Shown: positions 1-14,059 of the stretch, one piece after another
Position numbering within the stretch: position 1 is the stretch's first letter
Layout: every line of letters starts with the position of its first letter
Origin: Callorhinchus milii
Lineage: Eukaryota
Assembly (NCBI RefSeq): GCF_018977255.1
Contig: NW_024704743.1
Coordinates: 33,978,001-34,042,000, forward strand
DNA: 64,000 nucleotides
Direction: 5' to 3'
Notes under the pieces: model-generated
What the model saw: only the letters and a program-made list of their open reading frames with translations
Databases searched by the model: none
What the model was told of the DNA's origin: nothing
Translations under genes and position numbers: made by a program

Positions 1-1640
1 TTTGATTGATTGTTGTCCTTTTCCATAACTATTCTAAACCTAATGATATTGTGATGACTGTTATCCAGATGCTCTCCTACTGAAACCTGCTCCACTTGCC
101 TCACTTCATTTCCCAGAACTAAATCCAGCACTGCTTCCTTCCTCGTTGGGCTGGAAACATGCTGATCCAGAAAGTTCTCCTGCACACATTTCAGGAATTC
201 CTCCCCTTCCTTGCCCTTTACACTGTGTGTTTCCCAGTCTATGTTTGGATAATTGAAATCCCCCATTATCACTACTCTATTGGTTTTGCATCTCTCCGAA
301 ATCTGCTTGCAGATTTGCTCATCTATCTCCTTCCCACTATTTGGAGGTCTATAGTAAATACCTAACAGAGTAACAGCTCCTTTTCTGCTCCGTAACTCTA
401 ACCAAATAGTTTAAGTTTTTGGACCCTCTAACACATCATCCTTTTCCAGGACTATGACCGTGTCCCTAATGAGTATTGCCACCCTTCCTTTTTTCCCTTC
501 TCTATCCCTCCTGAATAGGTTGTAACCAGGAATATTCAGCTCCTATTCCTGTCCTTGCTTGAGCCAATTGCCACTACATCATAGCCCCATGTGGCAACTG
601 GACCCTGCAGCTCACCAAGCTTATTGGTCACACTCCGTGCATTTACACACTTGCACTCCAAGACCGGCTTAATCCACTCTACATTTATCCCCCGTCTCTT
701 TCCACTTTTTGCTAGACTATTCGTTGTTTCATTTATATTTGTCTCTCCTCGCCCACTATGTCTTGTTTCCCCTCCCTGATGCTATATTCTGATCCCCATC
801 CCCTCTTGAAATCAGTTTAAACGCTTCCCCACAGCATTTGTTATCCTTGTTGCAATGACATTGGTCCCAGCCCTGCTCAGGTGTAACCCATCCCTCGTGT
901 ACAGCTCCCATCTGCCCCAGAAGTGGTCCCAGTGGTTTAGAAACCTGAAGTCCTCCTTCCTGCACCATTTCTCCAGCCAGGCATTCATGTATTTGATCCT
1001 CCCAGTTTGGTATTCACTAGCATAAGGTATTGGGAGTAATCCCAAGATCACCACTATTGAGGTCCTGCTCTTTAGCTTCTTCCCAAGCTTCTAATATTCT
1101 CCCTGTAGAGTTTCAGCCCTTTTATCACCTACATCATGAATCCCGACATGGACCACAACTTCCGGATTTTCCCCTTCCCCCTGTAGTATATTTTGCACCC
1201 GTTCCGTGACGTCATGCAGCCTGGCCCCAGGGAGGTAGCATTCCTTGCGCGAGTCCCGTCTTTTATGGCAGAAATGCCTGCCTATCCCTTTAACTATTGT
1301 ATCCCCGATAACAACAGCAATGGCCTTTATCCCCTTGTCCCCCTGAACATCCATTACCTTTTGACTCTTCTCGCCAGAGGCGTCCTCACCAGCATCCAGT
1401 ACTGAGAACCGGTTTATGAGTGCCACACTCTTAGGGGATTTCTGTACTGCCTGTTCTTTTTTTGCTCTACATCGGATGGTCACCCATTCACCCTTCTTCT
1501 GAGCCCTCTGTGTAGCTGGGATGACCACCTCCTGAACTCTCTGTGGCTGTGGGGTGACCACCTCCTAAACTCTCTGTGGCTGTGGCGTAACCACTTCCTG
1601 AAAAATTCGATCCATAAATTCTTCAGCCTCCCGTATCCTA
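1..1640 (-). mobile_element. CR1-type LINE, 5' part: ORF1 with SGNH esterase (one in-frame stop at ~1091) and start of ORF2 AP-endonuclease; runs off the window edge
   Basis: ORFs 1091..1561 and 812..1054 share a frame and contain VIGDTIVKG, YLPGAR, VVVHVGIHD and DGLHLSRAG. The minus strand near 600-660 reads CKCVNARSVTNKLGELQ, typical of a CR1 APE N-terminus. Confidence 0.85.
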
Positions 1641-2960
1641 TGTGGTGACTTTAACATCATCATCATCTGGAGTTGCAAATCACAACTAAACATCTCTCCT
1701 CAGTAATCAGTAACTGATCTCGCTATGTGGAAAACATTCACTTTTCGATCTATTTTTTCCTGTGTAGATGAAATGATAAAATATGAATTAGTGTTTTTAA
1801 AACACCTTGTAGTATATAGCATGCCTTGTCTGCTGAAGGGCAAAGCACACTAAAAATATGAAAGTTAAAGTGCTTTTCTTTAACTCTGCTCAGACGTGTT
1901 CTATTATCAGGGGGGTACTGAGGAAGAAACTGTACTGCATACAACATCGATCTATAGAAACAGTAATAACTATCAAAGTAATCCTCCCAACTAAGTTTTG
2001 AATACAGTGCAGTTCACATCTACAAACTAAGCCAATATTCCTTCAATGACCCTTTTGTTTCTGATATCCCTTAAGTGCCTTTATTTAATATGAATGAATT
2101 CCTAAAAAGGCATTCCTATCATGCATCATCACAGTAAGACACCTTTGACTCACTGCATCTTATTTCCCCTTCAGTGGCTACAAGTAGATGAAAAACCTAC
2201 ATCTGCACTTTTATTTTTTTTCTCTGCATAACATAATAGCAGAAACAACATATTGGCTTGTAAACATGTGTCAGTTGACTTCGCACATTGCAAGTGGAAT
2301 TTGCTGACTCCTGACAGTATGCAGAAATTTGTTTTATGGCCCATGAGACATATCTCCCATCTTAATAGCTTTCAGTTCTTTATGGCATTTTAATGTCAAA
2401 TAGTAAAAGCATAGCACCAAAGCTGAACACAGTGACTATTCTTGTCCTCTTCATTAATGGTAATAGCTGGAGGGGGAGGTGGGGTTTGGTCTATTAAGTC
2501 TGTGTCGATATTTTTTTCCAAGTGAGACAATCATACATCTAATCCCACTCCCTTATTGACTCCCCAATACCCTATTCATATTCCTCTTTGTCAAGCATCA
2601 AATTCTCTTTTAAAGAAAGTCTATGAACTCTGCTTTATCCATGGCTTATGCTGAAGAATTCCATATTCCGTTTACCCACCAAGACAATTTTTTTCTGATC
2701 TCATTTGTTTTTAATCTCTAGTCCATGTTTCCAAATATCACATTTTTACTCTTCCCAATTTACTATTGAATACAAATACAATTTATAATTATATAGCACC
2801 TTGCATGTCGGGGGAGGTCTCAAAACACTTCACAATACTAGATGGGCACTCGAGCTGGATAGGAACCAGGGTGGGGGGATGGGGTGGGGAAAGATGTCTG
2901 ACAGAGGTATGTTTTGAGACATGCCTTGAAAGAGGGGGAGGGAGGAAGTGAAGGGAATTT

Positions 2961-3215
2961 AATAATAATAATAATAGTAATCCTTGCATTTGATATAGTG
3001 CCTTATCGCGTTGTTGAGACATCTCCTTCAAAAAGGGAAGGGAGTTTCCTACTGTATCTTGGCTAATAATCCCCCAGATAAATTGTTCATTCAATCCATG
3101 GCTGTTTATGGAACAATGTGCTGCATTCATATACTGTAAAGTAAATGACTGTATATTTTGTGGGCGAAAAGTGGCAGTCAATTGCACACAGCAGTGTCTT
3201 ACAAACAGTCGTAGA
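2961..3215 (-). mobile_element. SINE 3' fragment ((ATT)n tail family)
   Basis: aataat..ccttgcatttgatatagtgccttatc..gagacatctc, then gtggcagtcaattgcacacagcagtgtc; matches the fuller copies at 24591, 33435 and 37784. Confidence 0.75.
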
Positions 3216-3414
3216 TTTAAGTTGAAGTTAAAACTTCAAGCAATGGTCTATGTTTTAATTTAATTCAATGTATTAATTCTACAATTCTCCTTTCATTTAA
3301 AACATCCTCACTCTCGTTCTGCTTTAATTTGTGTTTATAACATATGTCTAATTAGTACCTTCCCTTTCTCTGAAGCTCTTCGTATGTCTTGAAATAATTC
3401 CATACCAATTTTTC

Positions 3415-4232
3415 CAGCATCAGCATCCAAGGCTGCACTCTCCACCTCTCAAAGCCGGTCAGGAACCTTGGTGTTCTGTTCGACCCTGAGCTGTCCTTTC
3501 TCCCTCATATCTGCGCCACAACTGGCACCGCCTTCCATCACCTCCGGAATATCGCCAGACTACGGCACTACCTCACCCCTCACGTTGCTGAAACTCTGGT
3601 CCACGCCTTTATCACCTCAAGGCTGGACTATGGGAACTCTCTCCTCACCGGCCTTCCCGCCACCTCCCTCCACAAGCTGCAGGTCATTCAGAACTCTACA
3701 GCTCGTGTACTGTCCCGCACCAGGCTTCGGGACCACATCACTCCCACCCTCGCTCGCCTCCACTGGCTCCCCATCCCCCAGAGGATCGAATTCAAGATCC
3801 TCATCCTCACCTACAAGGCCATTCACGGCCTTGCTCCCTCCTACCTCTCCGACCTACTATCCCCCTACCTACCTGCCCGTACCCTCCGTTCCTCTGGCTC
3901 CGGTCTGCTCCACATCCCCCGCCCCAACCGCCCTACCATCGGTGGCCGGGCCTTCAGCCTCTCAGCCCCGAGGCTCTGGAACTCTATCCCCCAGTGCCTT
4001 CGCCGCCTCCTCCCTTTCCTCCTTCAAGGCCGGTCTCAAGACCTTTCTCTTTGACCGTGCCTTCAGCTCCCCTCTCGACTCTCTACCCCCTCCTCGCTCC
4101 CTCCCTTCCCTCCCCTCACCCTGACCATTTCCCCCCGCTCGGGTCCTGACCCAACTGTACAGCGCCTTGGGACATCCTCCCGACGTGAAAGGCGCTCCAT
4201 AGATGGAATCTTGTTGTTGTTATTGTTGTTGT
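3415..4232 (+). mobile_element. L2 LINE 3' end, young and CpG-rich, with (TTG)n tail
   Basis: One frame reads GCTLHLSKPVRNLGVLFDPELSF...LVHAFITSRLDYGNSLL...LQVIQNS; tail ggacatcctcccgacgtgaaaggcgct...ttgttgttg. Confidence 0.9.
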
Positions 4233-5947
4233 TTTCCTTTCACCTCAGTGGTCTATTATAATTCCAAAATTATTAATTATTTCCTACTGTGTCAGAGATT
4301 GAGTCTGGCCTCTCCTCATCCAAGATTACTCCAGCTTTTCTGATTCCAATTCAAGCCTACCTTGCTAGCAATATTGTCCTTGCCCCAATTTATTTTTCTT
4401 ATCCTTCCTCGCCACATTCAGCCTCCACTGTGAGAATCTTCCTTTTACTTTACATCTCTGTCAAACTGATTATATCTACAATCCCATCCCATCCCAGTCT
4501 TTGCTCTTTCTAACTGCCTTAAACATTATATTCAATATTAAAATATAATAATGATAATAATCCTTGTGTTTGGCGCAGCGTCTTTAACTTTGAAAAGCTT
4601 CACAGGTAATTTCTGTGAAGTGTAGTGACTGTGTATTGACACCAATTTGCACAAAGCACATTGTTCCACAAACAGCCATGAATTGAATAAACAATTATTT
4701 GGGGGATTGTTAGCCAAAATATTGGGAGAAATTCCCTTCCCTATTTGAAGGAACAAATGCAAGTTAGTGAGTTGCAGCACTAATGGGCTGTGCTGTGCCA
4801 TGGAGCTTTAGATACTGCTTAATTTCCATCATCTAACACAAATTCAAGTTCTTGATCTCAGTAAGGAATGGAGAGCAGGTGCATCTTCGCAGGGGAGGGA
4901 CATTCATGGGAAACAAAATCAAATATTCTTGCAGCTGGTTTCAGAAAGGCATAGGCAAAAGATTGAGAGCAGATCGACCTTCTCAGCTATTGTTGATGTG
5001 TTCTGCAGAAAGAACAAGAAACTAAGAGGGAGCGAAAAAATATGTTTTATAAAAGGCTTAGGAAGCAACTCATCTCAAACCAGAAACAATTCAAGAATCT
5101 TTGGAAAAAGGCCTGACCCCTTCATAAGCCTTTCTGTGAATAGGCTTGATCTATCTCATCAGATAGATGGCACTCAAGGAATGATCAAGGTTGAGTTTAC
5201 CATGAAGATCCTGAGCTACATTAAAAGTGCCCCAGGCAGTATGAGGCAGAAGTTGGAGCTATTCTTGGTTACAAAATTGATCCAACTCTACTAATAATTC
5301 CTTTGTATTGGTCAAGTGGAGACATGGTGTGAGAGATGGTGGTTCTTGTCGCCACAACCAAACCAGTGAAATTATTTTTGAGAACTCAGTTAAGCATTTT
5401 ATTTACACATAGTTCAAAATAAATGTCACCAAATTAATAATAGCACAATAAACGGCCCCCAAAACTCTGCAGTGGCTGGCACACACGCACACTGCACTGA
5501 GCCCAGTTATCTCATAAATAGGCTGCTGCCTGTAGTTACTTTACTCATTAATGAGGTCTCAATATTCCACAATTAACAATTTCTTCAGTTTCTTCAATTA
5601 ACAGGCTGGTCCCTCTGCACAGTGTGGTCCGAAGGTCCTCCCCCCGATCACATAACACTTATTCTATAATGCACAAAGCTGGTAAGATCCAGTAGAATTT
5701 CCTGTGTTTGTGTGCATACACAGTGTGCAGATCTAGATGTCTAGATGTATAATGCATTGCAAGCTTTTAACAGCATTCAGTAGGATTGCTTCTAAGTATT
5801 AAGGGAAACAGTCTGTCCTCCTGACTTTACTCACAATCTTCTTCACTGTAAGATACACTCACTACTTTTTGTGTCAACAAACTTAGAAATTCTGCCACTG
5901 TAGACCTTGGGACGTCCTGCTGATGTGAAAGGCGCTATATAAATATA

Positions 5948-6085
5948 ATAAAAACAGAAGTCGCTGGGAACACTCAGAAGATCAGGCAGCATCTATGGAG
6001 AGAGGAAAGTGAGTTAAAGTTTCAGGTCGATGACCTTGTGTCAGAACTGTTTCAAAGTGTTTCATCTGCAGTAGTTTACCTTTTG
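5948..6085 (-). mobile_element. Penelope-like pseudo-LTR relic with degenerate hammerhead motif
   Basis: Minus strand reads ctgacacaaggtcatcgacctgaaactttaactcactttcctctctccatagatgctgcctga; same family as copies at 29975 and 54803. Confidence 0.6.
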
Positions 6086-6589
6086 CTGTCTAAATGTAAT
6101 TTGTTGTTGTGCAAATTTACCACAGGAGTTTAGATGCTGAGTGCCTTTATTTTGGCTTTGATGACTTTTACAGCAACATTTATATAGAGTCCTTCACGCA
6201 GGATAGCATCTCGGAGAGCTAGCAGATTTGCTCAGCAGGTTAAGTCTTAGTTCTCAGTAACCTTAAGGAAATTTAGGAGAATCAAGTGATAGGGAGGATC
6301 AAAAACTTCAGTTTGAACCAATTGGGAGAAGTTATTGCAGTAGCGGGACAGGAGGCAGCGGGTGATGTAACTTGGAGATGACACCTTGTCACCAGCACCA
6401 AATGCAGAAGCCTGACAGTCAATGCATGAAGTCATATTCCGTAGTGAAACCTGGCCAAGATCACCGCTGAGTTTTCTGTGAATCAGGGTTGGTATTAGTG
6501 TGCTAAATGCCTTGTACTTTAAGTAAATAATTGGCTTGATAATGTGCTATAGTGCAGGTAATTTAAACGTATGGTGTTTATTCAGAGAT

Positions 6590-6835
6590 TTGATATAACG
6601 CCTTTCACTTTGGGAGTTCGTCAATAGCACTTCACAGGATTTACTGTAAGGCGTAGACAAATACACAGCAATATCCAACAAACTCTCATTAAGTGAATGA
6701 CCAATTTTATCTGGGGGATTGTTGGCCAGGACATTGGGAGAAACTCCCTTCTCTTATCAAGTAGTGCCATGGGATCTTTAGAATCCACCTGAATAGGTAG
6801 ATAGGACCTTGATTTAAATGTCTCATCTGAAGATC
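6590..6835 (-). mobile_element. Old Deu-domain SINE fragment
   Basis: gtgccatgggatcttt..ccacctgaa..aaatgtctcatctgaaga is the reverse complement of the Deu core. Confidence 0.65.
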
Positions 6836-7344
6836 AGAAAATGGGAGCTAGGATCCACACTGCCAAATTAATCTGACTTTGAAACCGTTGTATTTTCTGC
6901 TTGTTGGATTGTCAGCATTGAAACATTCAGCAGTTGTAAAATTATCTATCAGGATGTTTATACAAGGCTTTAACAATCTGCCAGTGATTCATTCAAATAT
7001 TACCATCATGTCATGTGCAAAACAATGCTCTGAAAATGACACTGATAACCTGACACCTGTCCCCAAAGGAGAAGGTGTCATGCACAAGCCCTTGCATCAT
7101 TGTTTTAAAATAGCAGCACAACGTGCAATAGAATTAGTGAAGCCTCTGTTCTGTGCTTCTAGATCATGTTCATTGTTGGTGCATCTTTTATGCTCAACTT
7201 TTTCACTCTTGGACATCCAGTGTTAGTATAAAGCAGTCCAGGCTCAGGTTGGCAATCGACTGGTGCAAAATCAAGCTGCCTCCAATTCCCAAACAATGGG
7301 CTTTACTTAAAACTTGTAAATGTCCACCAAACACAAGACAAGCT

Positions 7345-7690
7345 GATAGCGTGGCTTAGTTGGTAGATCTCTCACTCGGATTCAGAAGGGTATAGGTTCA
7401 AGCTCCAAGTTGAGACTTTAGACTCACAGTCCTTTGGATGAGATGTTAAACCAAAGGCCCATCTGCTTGTTCAGGCACTATTCAATAAGAGAAGGGAGTT
7501 TCTTCTGGGGTCCTACAAATAGACAAGAATCCCCCAGATAAAAGTTGGTTATTTTCTTTGTGGTTGTCTGTGGGACATTGCTGTGTGCAAATTGGCTGCC
7601 GCCTTTGGCTCTGAAATACACAGTCACTACACTCTACAGTAAATCCTGTGAAATGCTTTAAGACCTCTTCCTGATGTCAAATGCAAAGTT
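7345..7690 (+). mobile_element. Old tRNA-headed Deu-domain SINE
   Basis: A/B-box-like head (tggcttagttggtag...ggttcaagct), Deu core (ggatgagatgttaaacc..ctgtgtgcaaattggctgcc) and tail ending caaatgcaaag. Confidence 0.7.
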
Positions 7691-9444
7691 TTTTTTTAGC
7701 AATCTTCTTTGTGCTGCATTCAAGCAAAACACAGAAATCAGTGCTGCCTTCTGGACACTAAATATATATTTCTTTTCACAAGATTTCATTTTCAAATATG
7801 TTTTAAAGACAAACTGTCATCATGAGCAGTTGCTGAAGACAACACTCTAGGCTGCAGTCAAGGCTTCCTCAGCTCAATGAACTAATTTGGTAATGCCAGA
7901 GGTAAGACTAGATAAAAATCTTATCTCTTGCAATTTGTACAGCTACCCAAAATTGGATTACATTGAGTATTTGGTTGGCAATGCAGCTGATCTGATCCTC
8001 TGTTAACTGCTTTGAAGCCTTAAAGCTAGCTGAGGCTCAGAAAAAGGAAAATCAGACTTCTTCTCCAAGTGAAAACATTAGGCTATTGCTAAACAGAAAA
8101 AAATGTAATTACTGCCACTGCTAGCACTCTCACACCATCATATTCAACAAAAAAATCTCATCTCAGGAGCTGAACTTGCTCATTTCCTTCTTTCGATCGC
8201 ATTTGACACTCTGCCTGACCTTGCACAACCCCATTTTGCTGTGATGTCAAAGCCTTATTTTACCCAACACTGTTGTTTTGGTTTCTTGTCTCGTTTTCAA
8301 ATAGCTCTTTTTTGTTGCTTCGGATCTTAGGTGGAATGCCATGATAATGTGGCAAATTGAAAACTTGCAAAACAAAGTGGCTCTTTCAGCAACAAAGAAA
8401 ATAATCTAGAAATCAATTGTGGTGATATTTGCCTGCTGTAAAAACGGGAGCACGGCACGATAATCTGAGGAGATTTATAAAAATAATACTTGTGTGATCC
8501 ATCTCATGTCAGCCAAGATGAGCAGAACTGTGGAGACAATGACACTCGGGGGAATCATCCATGAGACAGTGGATTGTCACAGATGCCTGATTCTCACTCT
8601 CATTAAATTAGCTGCCAGGAAAGAGCTATGTGTACAGCCTGAATGGGGTTTCTGCCATCATTTGCACCTGCCATGCAGTCTATCACAGATCAATGATCAC
8701 CTGAAGTTTATAAGCAATGAAGACATTTTCATCATTTTATTCTGACTTGGTCATGTTGCATCTTCATTGTAACAAAAAAACATTGTCAGCAAGGGAAGAA
8801 CCAAACAGTGTTCACTTTTATTGATGTCTGCTTTGGTTTCAGCAATTTGATGCCCAATACAGGTATTAGGGATACAAGGTATTAGGGATATAATACATAT
8901 ATTAGGAGTGAAAATTGCAGTCTGTGGTGTACTAATTTGATGTGTTAATAACATCTTTGAGGAATCTGGCAAGTCAATGTATTTATTGATTATTGATTGA
9001 CTGGCCTGTGGGTGCAGCTGTGACCACCCCCCCACTCCCCGATTCCATCACAGTCATTGAGTTCAGTTACCATTTCATTCCATTCTCACTACTCTGATTT
9101 GAGCCGTGATTTGGTTACACTAACCAGAAATATTTGGAGATGCTTTTCATTAGCATTAAATAAATGGTATCGTCTTCCCAACAATCAGTCGTGTGTTATT
9201 TAATAGTAAATGCTGCAAATAGGCAAGTAATTGAAGTGAGTTTCATTTTGTTCTTTCAGGGCTTCAATTCTTCCATAACATAACTGTGAATTTCATTTCC
9301 ATCATTTTATTGATCGGCTTGATTGGGCATTGTCATGAAATCCATTTCACACAAAACACTCACAAAGTTGCCAATATATATTTAGTTGATACGATTGATA
9401 CGATATGATTGACTTGTGTCATGATTGCACAGCTGATTTAGCAT

Positions 9445-9840
9445 TAAGCTAATCAATTGGTCGCACTCTCACCTTCAAGTCAGAAGGTTGTGGATTCAAT
9501 CCCAGGTCAGAAATTGGATTTCACGTAGTGTAGACTGTTCCTGCAATAAATTGCTAGTGGAACATTATATTGACGGAGGTGCCATTCTTCAGATGAGACG
9601 AGGTGAATGTTAAAGATGCCGTGGCACTAAAAGTTGAAAAGAGAAGTTCTCCAGTGCCCTGACCAACAATCTCCTGGATAAAATTAGTCATTCACTTCAA
9701 GGTTGTGGTACTTTTGGATGTATACATTGGCTCCCACATTTGCCTACAAATAAGCAGTCTTTACAGTAAATCCGGTGAAGCACTGTGAAATCATACAACT
9801 TGAGAAAGCGCTATATCAAATCCAAGGATTATTCTAATAA
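9445..9840 (+). mobile_element. Old tRNA-headed Deu-domain SINE
   Basis: gtcagaaggttgtggattcaatccc head, ggaggtgccattcttcagatgagacg core, gcgctatatcaaatccaaggattatt tail. Confidence 0.65.
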
Positions 9841-11319
9841 TGCAGTGGGGATTACAGCAAAGGGAATGGATTATTTTCTACTTATTTCTCTGGTTCACTC
9901 CATCAAGCACTTTGATACATCTAGAAAATGTTTAGAAGGCGCTATATCAAATGCAAAGATTACTATTATATTATTATTATTATGTCTCCTCTGCTGAAGA
10001 GGAGACCGCAATTGCCGAGTGTTTCTGTGGGTAGTCACCTTATCCTAATGGGAGTCATTCATGCTTGGCCTATATAATGGGTTGTGGGCTGTCTGACCTT
10101 GAGGGTCATTAAAGGTGAGAGTTCAATTTTACACTTATCTGCTGATGTACACACACACACATCAAACAGAAGTCACTGGCTAGTGATCAGCAACAGGAAG
10201 AGAAAACATAAGTTTCTTCCTGATCCCCGAAGGTAATCTAATGAAAACCCCAGGACATCAGCCTAACATCACAAGCTCCATTATTCAAGCATAATGAGCG
10301 GCAGTCCACCGATGACACCTCTGTGCTTTTAGAAGGACAGAACTTGTTCGTCTCACAAAGTGTTTGATCATCAATGTTTTATATTTAGCCTTTTAACCAT
10401 TCTTAACTGGATATTTATTCAAATCTTTCTTATATCAAAAAACATATTACTGATTCGCTAACTTTTTAACAAGCACATCTAAGACTAACTACAGCTGGCC
10501 TTAAACTGGTTGCCAAGTACAAAGCCCATCCCATTAGCCAGCATAAACAGTAGTTCCTGCAGGGGCCAGCATCCAAAATGGTTGTAAACTTCAGTCAGAA
10601 ATAATGAGAATTCCCAAAACATCTGTCCTGCCAGGGTGGGAGAGGTTGAACATGTGATGCAAACATTATTTTTGCAACATGCACAATAGGGACAATGGTG
10701 AGACGTGTGGCATCTAACGCTCTGTCTACAGAAACAACATGAAAGGCGTAATTATGCCACCGTGTGATTTTTTTATTGTAAAGTATGTTCTTGCTTCTTT
10801 ATCCACAATCAGGACAGGCGTGGTACAGAACTTTGTGTTTGTTCATTTGGGCTGGCGCCATGCCTAACATGCCAAGCTTAGTGGTGCCTGAGATTTCTTT
10901 TGAAGGGCAAACATAACAGGAAATGGCTATTGTTACCTGGTGAACGCTGGTGATAAACGTACTGGGAAGGAACAGAATGTTTTGAGGACATTTATGTAAT
11001 TGAGCTTCTAAAAGCAGGTGTGTTCTCCGTATCAAGTGATGTTCTTTCTGGGACTGATGTTAGCCTAGGACTGGCATTAGACTGGGACTGAGGGTAGACT
11101 GGAACTGGCGTGAGAATGGACTAACATTAGACTGAACTGATGGGACATTAGAGTGGTAGAATTGGCAGACAGTCTTTCTGAGCATTGGCTTGATAGGTTT
11201 TAATGTAAATAAAACAGCATTACCCCATCCAGCAGCTGAGTTGATTGTAAAAAATAGTATAGCACATGCAGATAACGTGTCATACTGGGTCCCCGTCTTC
11301 TAATTAATAATACTAATAC

Positions 11320-11677
11320 TGATAATAGTAATTCTTTCATTTGATATAGATACTTATCGTGTCATCACGGCACTTCAAACGCTTCACAGGATTTTACTGT
11401 GTGTTTTGAGGGAGAAATGCGGCAGCCAATTAGGCAAAGCACTGTCCCACAAACAGTCGTGGATTGAGTGACCAAATTATTATTCTTATTTTTGGAGGGA
11501 TTATTACCCGTTGGAAAGCGATCCGCCAATCGACTAACAACCAGGTTCCTACTTGCTGCTAGGTAAACAGAAGCATGTGGAGTAAGGAAACTTGTGTAAG
11601 GTGTCGCCCTGCCGGGAATCGAACCTAGTTCCTCTCGCTTGCAAGACAAACAGACAAACCACTATGCTACAGGACTC
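11320..11677 (-). mobile_element. Near full-length young tRNA-derived SINE
   Basis: Ends gggaatcgaacctagttcctctcgcttgcaagac..ctacaggactc (reverse complement of the tRNA-like head); body matches 24591 and 33435. Confidence 0.85.
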
Positions 11678-14059
11678 CATGGGACTTCCCATTATGGGAA
11701 CACTACACAGTGCATGTGTGCATTTCGTAACATGCTATAAACACATTGCCAGGAAATGGCATTTAAAGTAGCAGATAAAGCTTTCGAGAGTAAATTTAAC
11801 CCGACCTTAGAGTTCATATGACATTTGTAAACCCTTGTACTTTGCCCTTATGTCATCATTGTGAATGCACCGATTCGGTTTGCAGTCTTCTGAATTTTGC
11901 CATGTATCTATCACTTAATACTGTGTGTGTGCAACACCGCTATAGCATCTGATTCAGCAAACCACTCTAAAATATACAACAACAACAACTTGGATTTATA
12001 TAGTGCCCTCCACGCCGGATGGCGTCTCAAAGAGCTTTACAGTAATGGATCCCGGGATACTGAGGATATGCTGTCATGTGAGCCGTGTGAAGTCGGTATT
12101 CTGTTACAGCACACAATGAATTGTTACACCCTTCTATGAACACCACTATGGTGCTGCTTTAATATGTCATTAACAGTTGCACAGAACCACAAACAGGAAG
12201 GCAACCCCATAGGGATCCTGGAGACTCTGCCAATTTTAAGTAGCAGCTGAGAAACAAAGCACCCTTTCAGTTTCAGCTGATTCCACTGAGCAGTGTCTGC
12301 GGGGCATTGCTAATGAGACTATATAACTTATAGAAAAGTGTTGCAACCCTTTCTGACTAACCAGTCACATGACTGACAGAAGGGCAATGCCATTTTATTG
12401 TTTGGCAGGATTATTCAACACAAGACTTCACCCAATAAAGGGTACAAGATAACATTGATAACATTGCATGTAGTCAAAAGATGAGTTTCAGCCTGAGCCC
12501 CGGAAATTAGACTTTTGCTTTAAATTGGCCCACGTGTTCTGCTATCTGTAATGCATAGCAGAGCACACTGCGTATCTTTCAAAACTAACTCTTACAGTTT
12601 TAACTTAACATGAGAAAGTAAAATGGCAATTTCATAGCATAGAAACCTGAGGGTAGATTGAATTATATGACAGGACCTGTGGGATTACAAGGGTTTGTTT
12701 GTAGCACAAGGAGATTCACTATCTGGTGTAAACTATACAGAGAGAAATGAACTCTTTGAGATGACTTTCTGTTCCATTGCTGCAGTTGTAAGTAGATACA
12801 CAAGCCACAAACTAACAAAGAATATCATTAATGCCTGGATTCATTGTAAGATGCTTTGGGAACAGAAAAAAACACAACTCTTTCTTAGTACAGTAGGTCT
12901 CAACCTTTCCATCTTCTAATTTATCTTTCAATCTCTGTTCTTTCCTGTGAACACATTTATGCCATCCATTCAATGGTTTTCTTATTCCTGAAATCTATTT
13001 CCCTTTGTGTAACAGTGTTCCACCTGACTTCCTGCCTTACTCCTAAATTCCACATTTTCACTTGAGTGAGGTACCCTAACCCAAACTGAACGACTTAACA
13101 GGATTTATTTTATCAACCCATTTCATAATTTTGAAAATGATTAGGACTTGATCATGCCATTCTCATTATTTTCAAAATATCTTCTAATCATTCACAAAAA
13201 AACTCTGCTTGAATTATTTGTCGGCTGTATGGCTGCCCTATCACTACCATCAGCGAATGACCTTTAAGTCATTCTGCCCTCCTCTCTGGAACTCCATCCC
13301 TCCAACACCCTCCTCCCCAGTTTCAAAGCTTCCCTCTTTCATCCGTATTTCTTTGACCATGTTTCCAGTTATCACCATCATCTTCAGCTCCCATTCCCAG
13401 CCCCGGCTAGAGTGAGTGTCCAGTCAGCTGTGTAAAACATTTTGAGGCATTGACTAGATGCAAAAGGGATGTTACAAACAAACAAAATATGTTACAAACA
13501 ATGTTGACATTTATACTGAAAGGTGCTATATAAATGTACAGTACTCTATAATTGTATTGCTTTCACATTGAGAAAAGCTTCCTGAAAAGCTGAAGCTACA
13601 CATAGTGAAAACAGTGGGTGTGGGACACAATAATGTTGATTAAATGTTCCTTTAGTGATACAGAATCCCAAGTATATAGGGGCTGAAATTTTAATCAGAG
13701 ATGGCAATGTGTGATTATAACAGGGAAATCCTATTTGTGGCTGACATTATCAAAGGTGCTATGTGTAATGCCAACTGGAGTTTAAATCAAATGCAAGGAT
13801 TATTTTATTATTAAGTCCAAGAAAGGTCCAGCTTACGCCATTTCTCCACCAGATTCCTTGTTTAAAATCCTTTGAGACTTTCCATCAACCAACAGGAAGC
13901 AGATCGGGTCAGAGCACATGTCTGTACGGTCAGAGTAGTGGAGGCCAGATTATCAGAAGGACATGACTATCCATACTTGCACGACTTGGATAATCCTGTT
14001 ATGGATGGATTGCCTGGAGGTAGAATCCGTATTAGCTTTCCAATGGGAACCATATAAGT

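Noticed and set aside
3468..4124. 218-aa Pro/Ser-rich ORF
   Set aside because: Alternative reading frame of the L2 3' end.
8216..8231. DR4-like TGACCT-tgca-CAACCC
   Set aside because: One weak half-site, isolated and 33 kb from the gene; compatible with chance.
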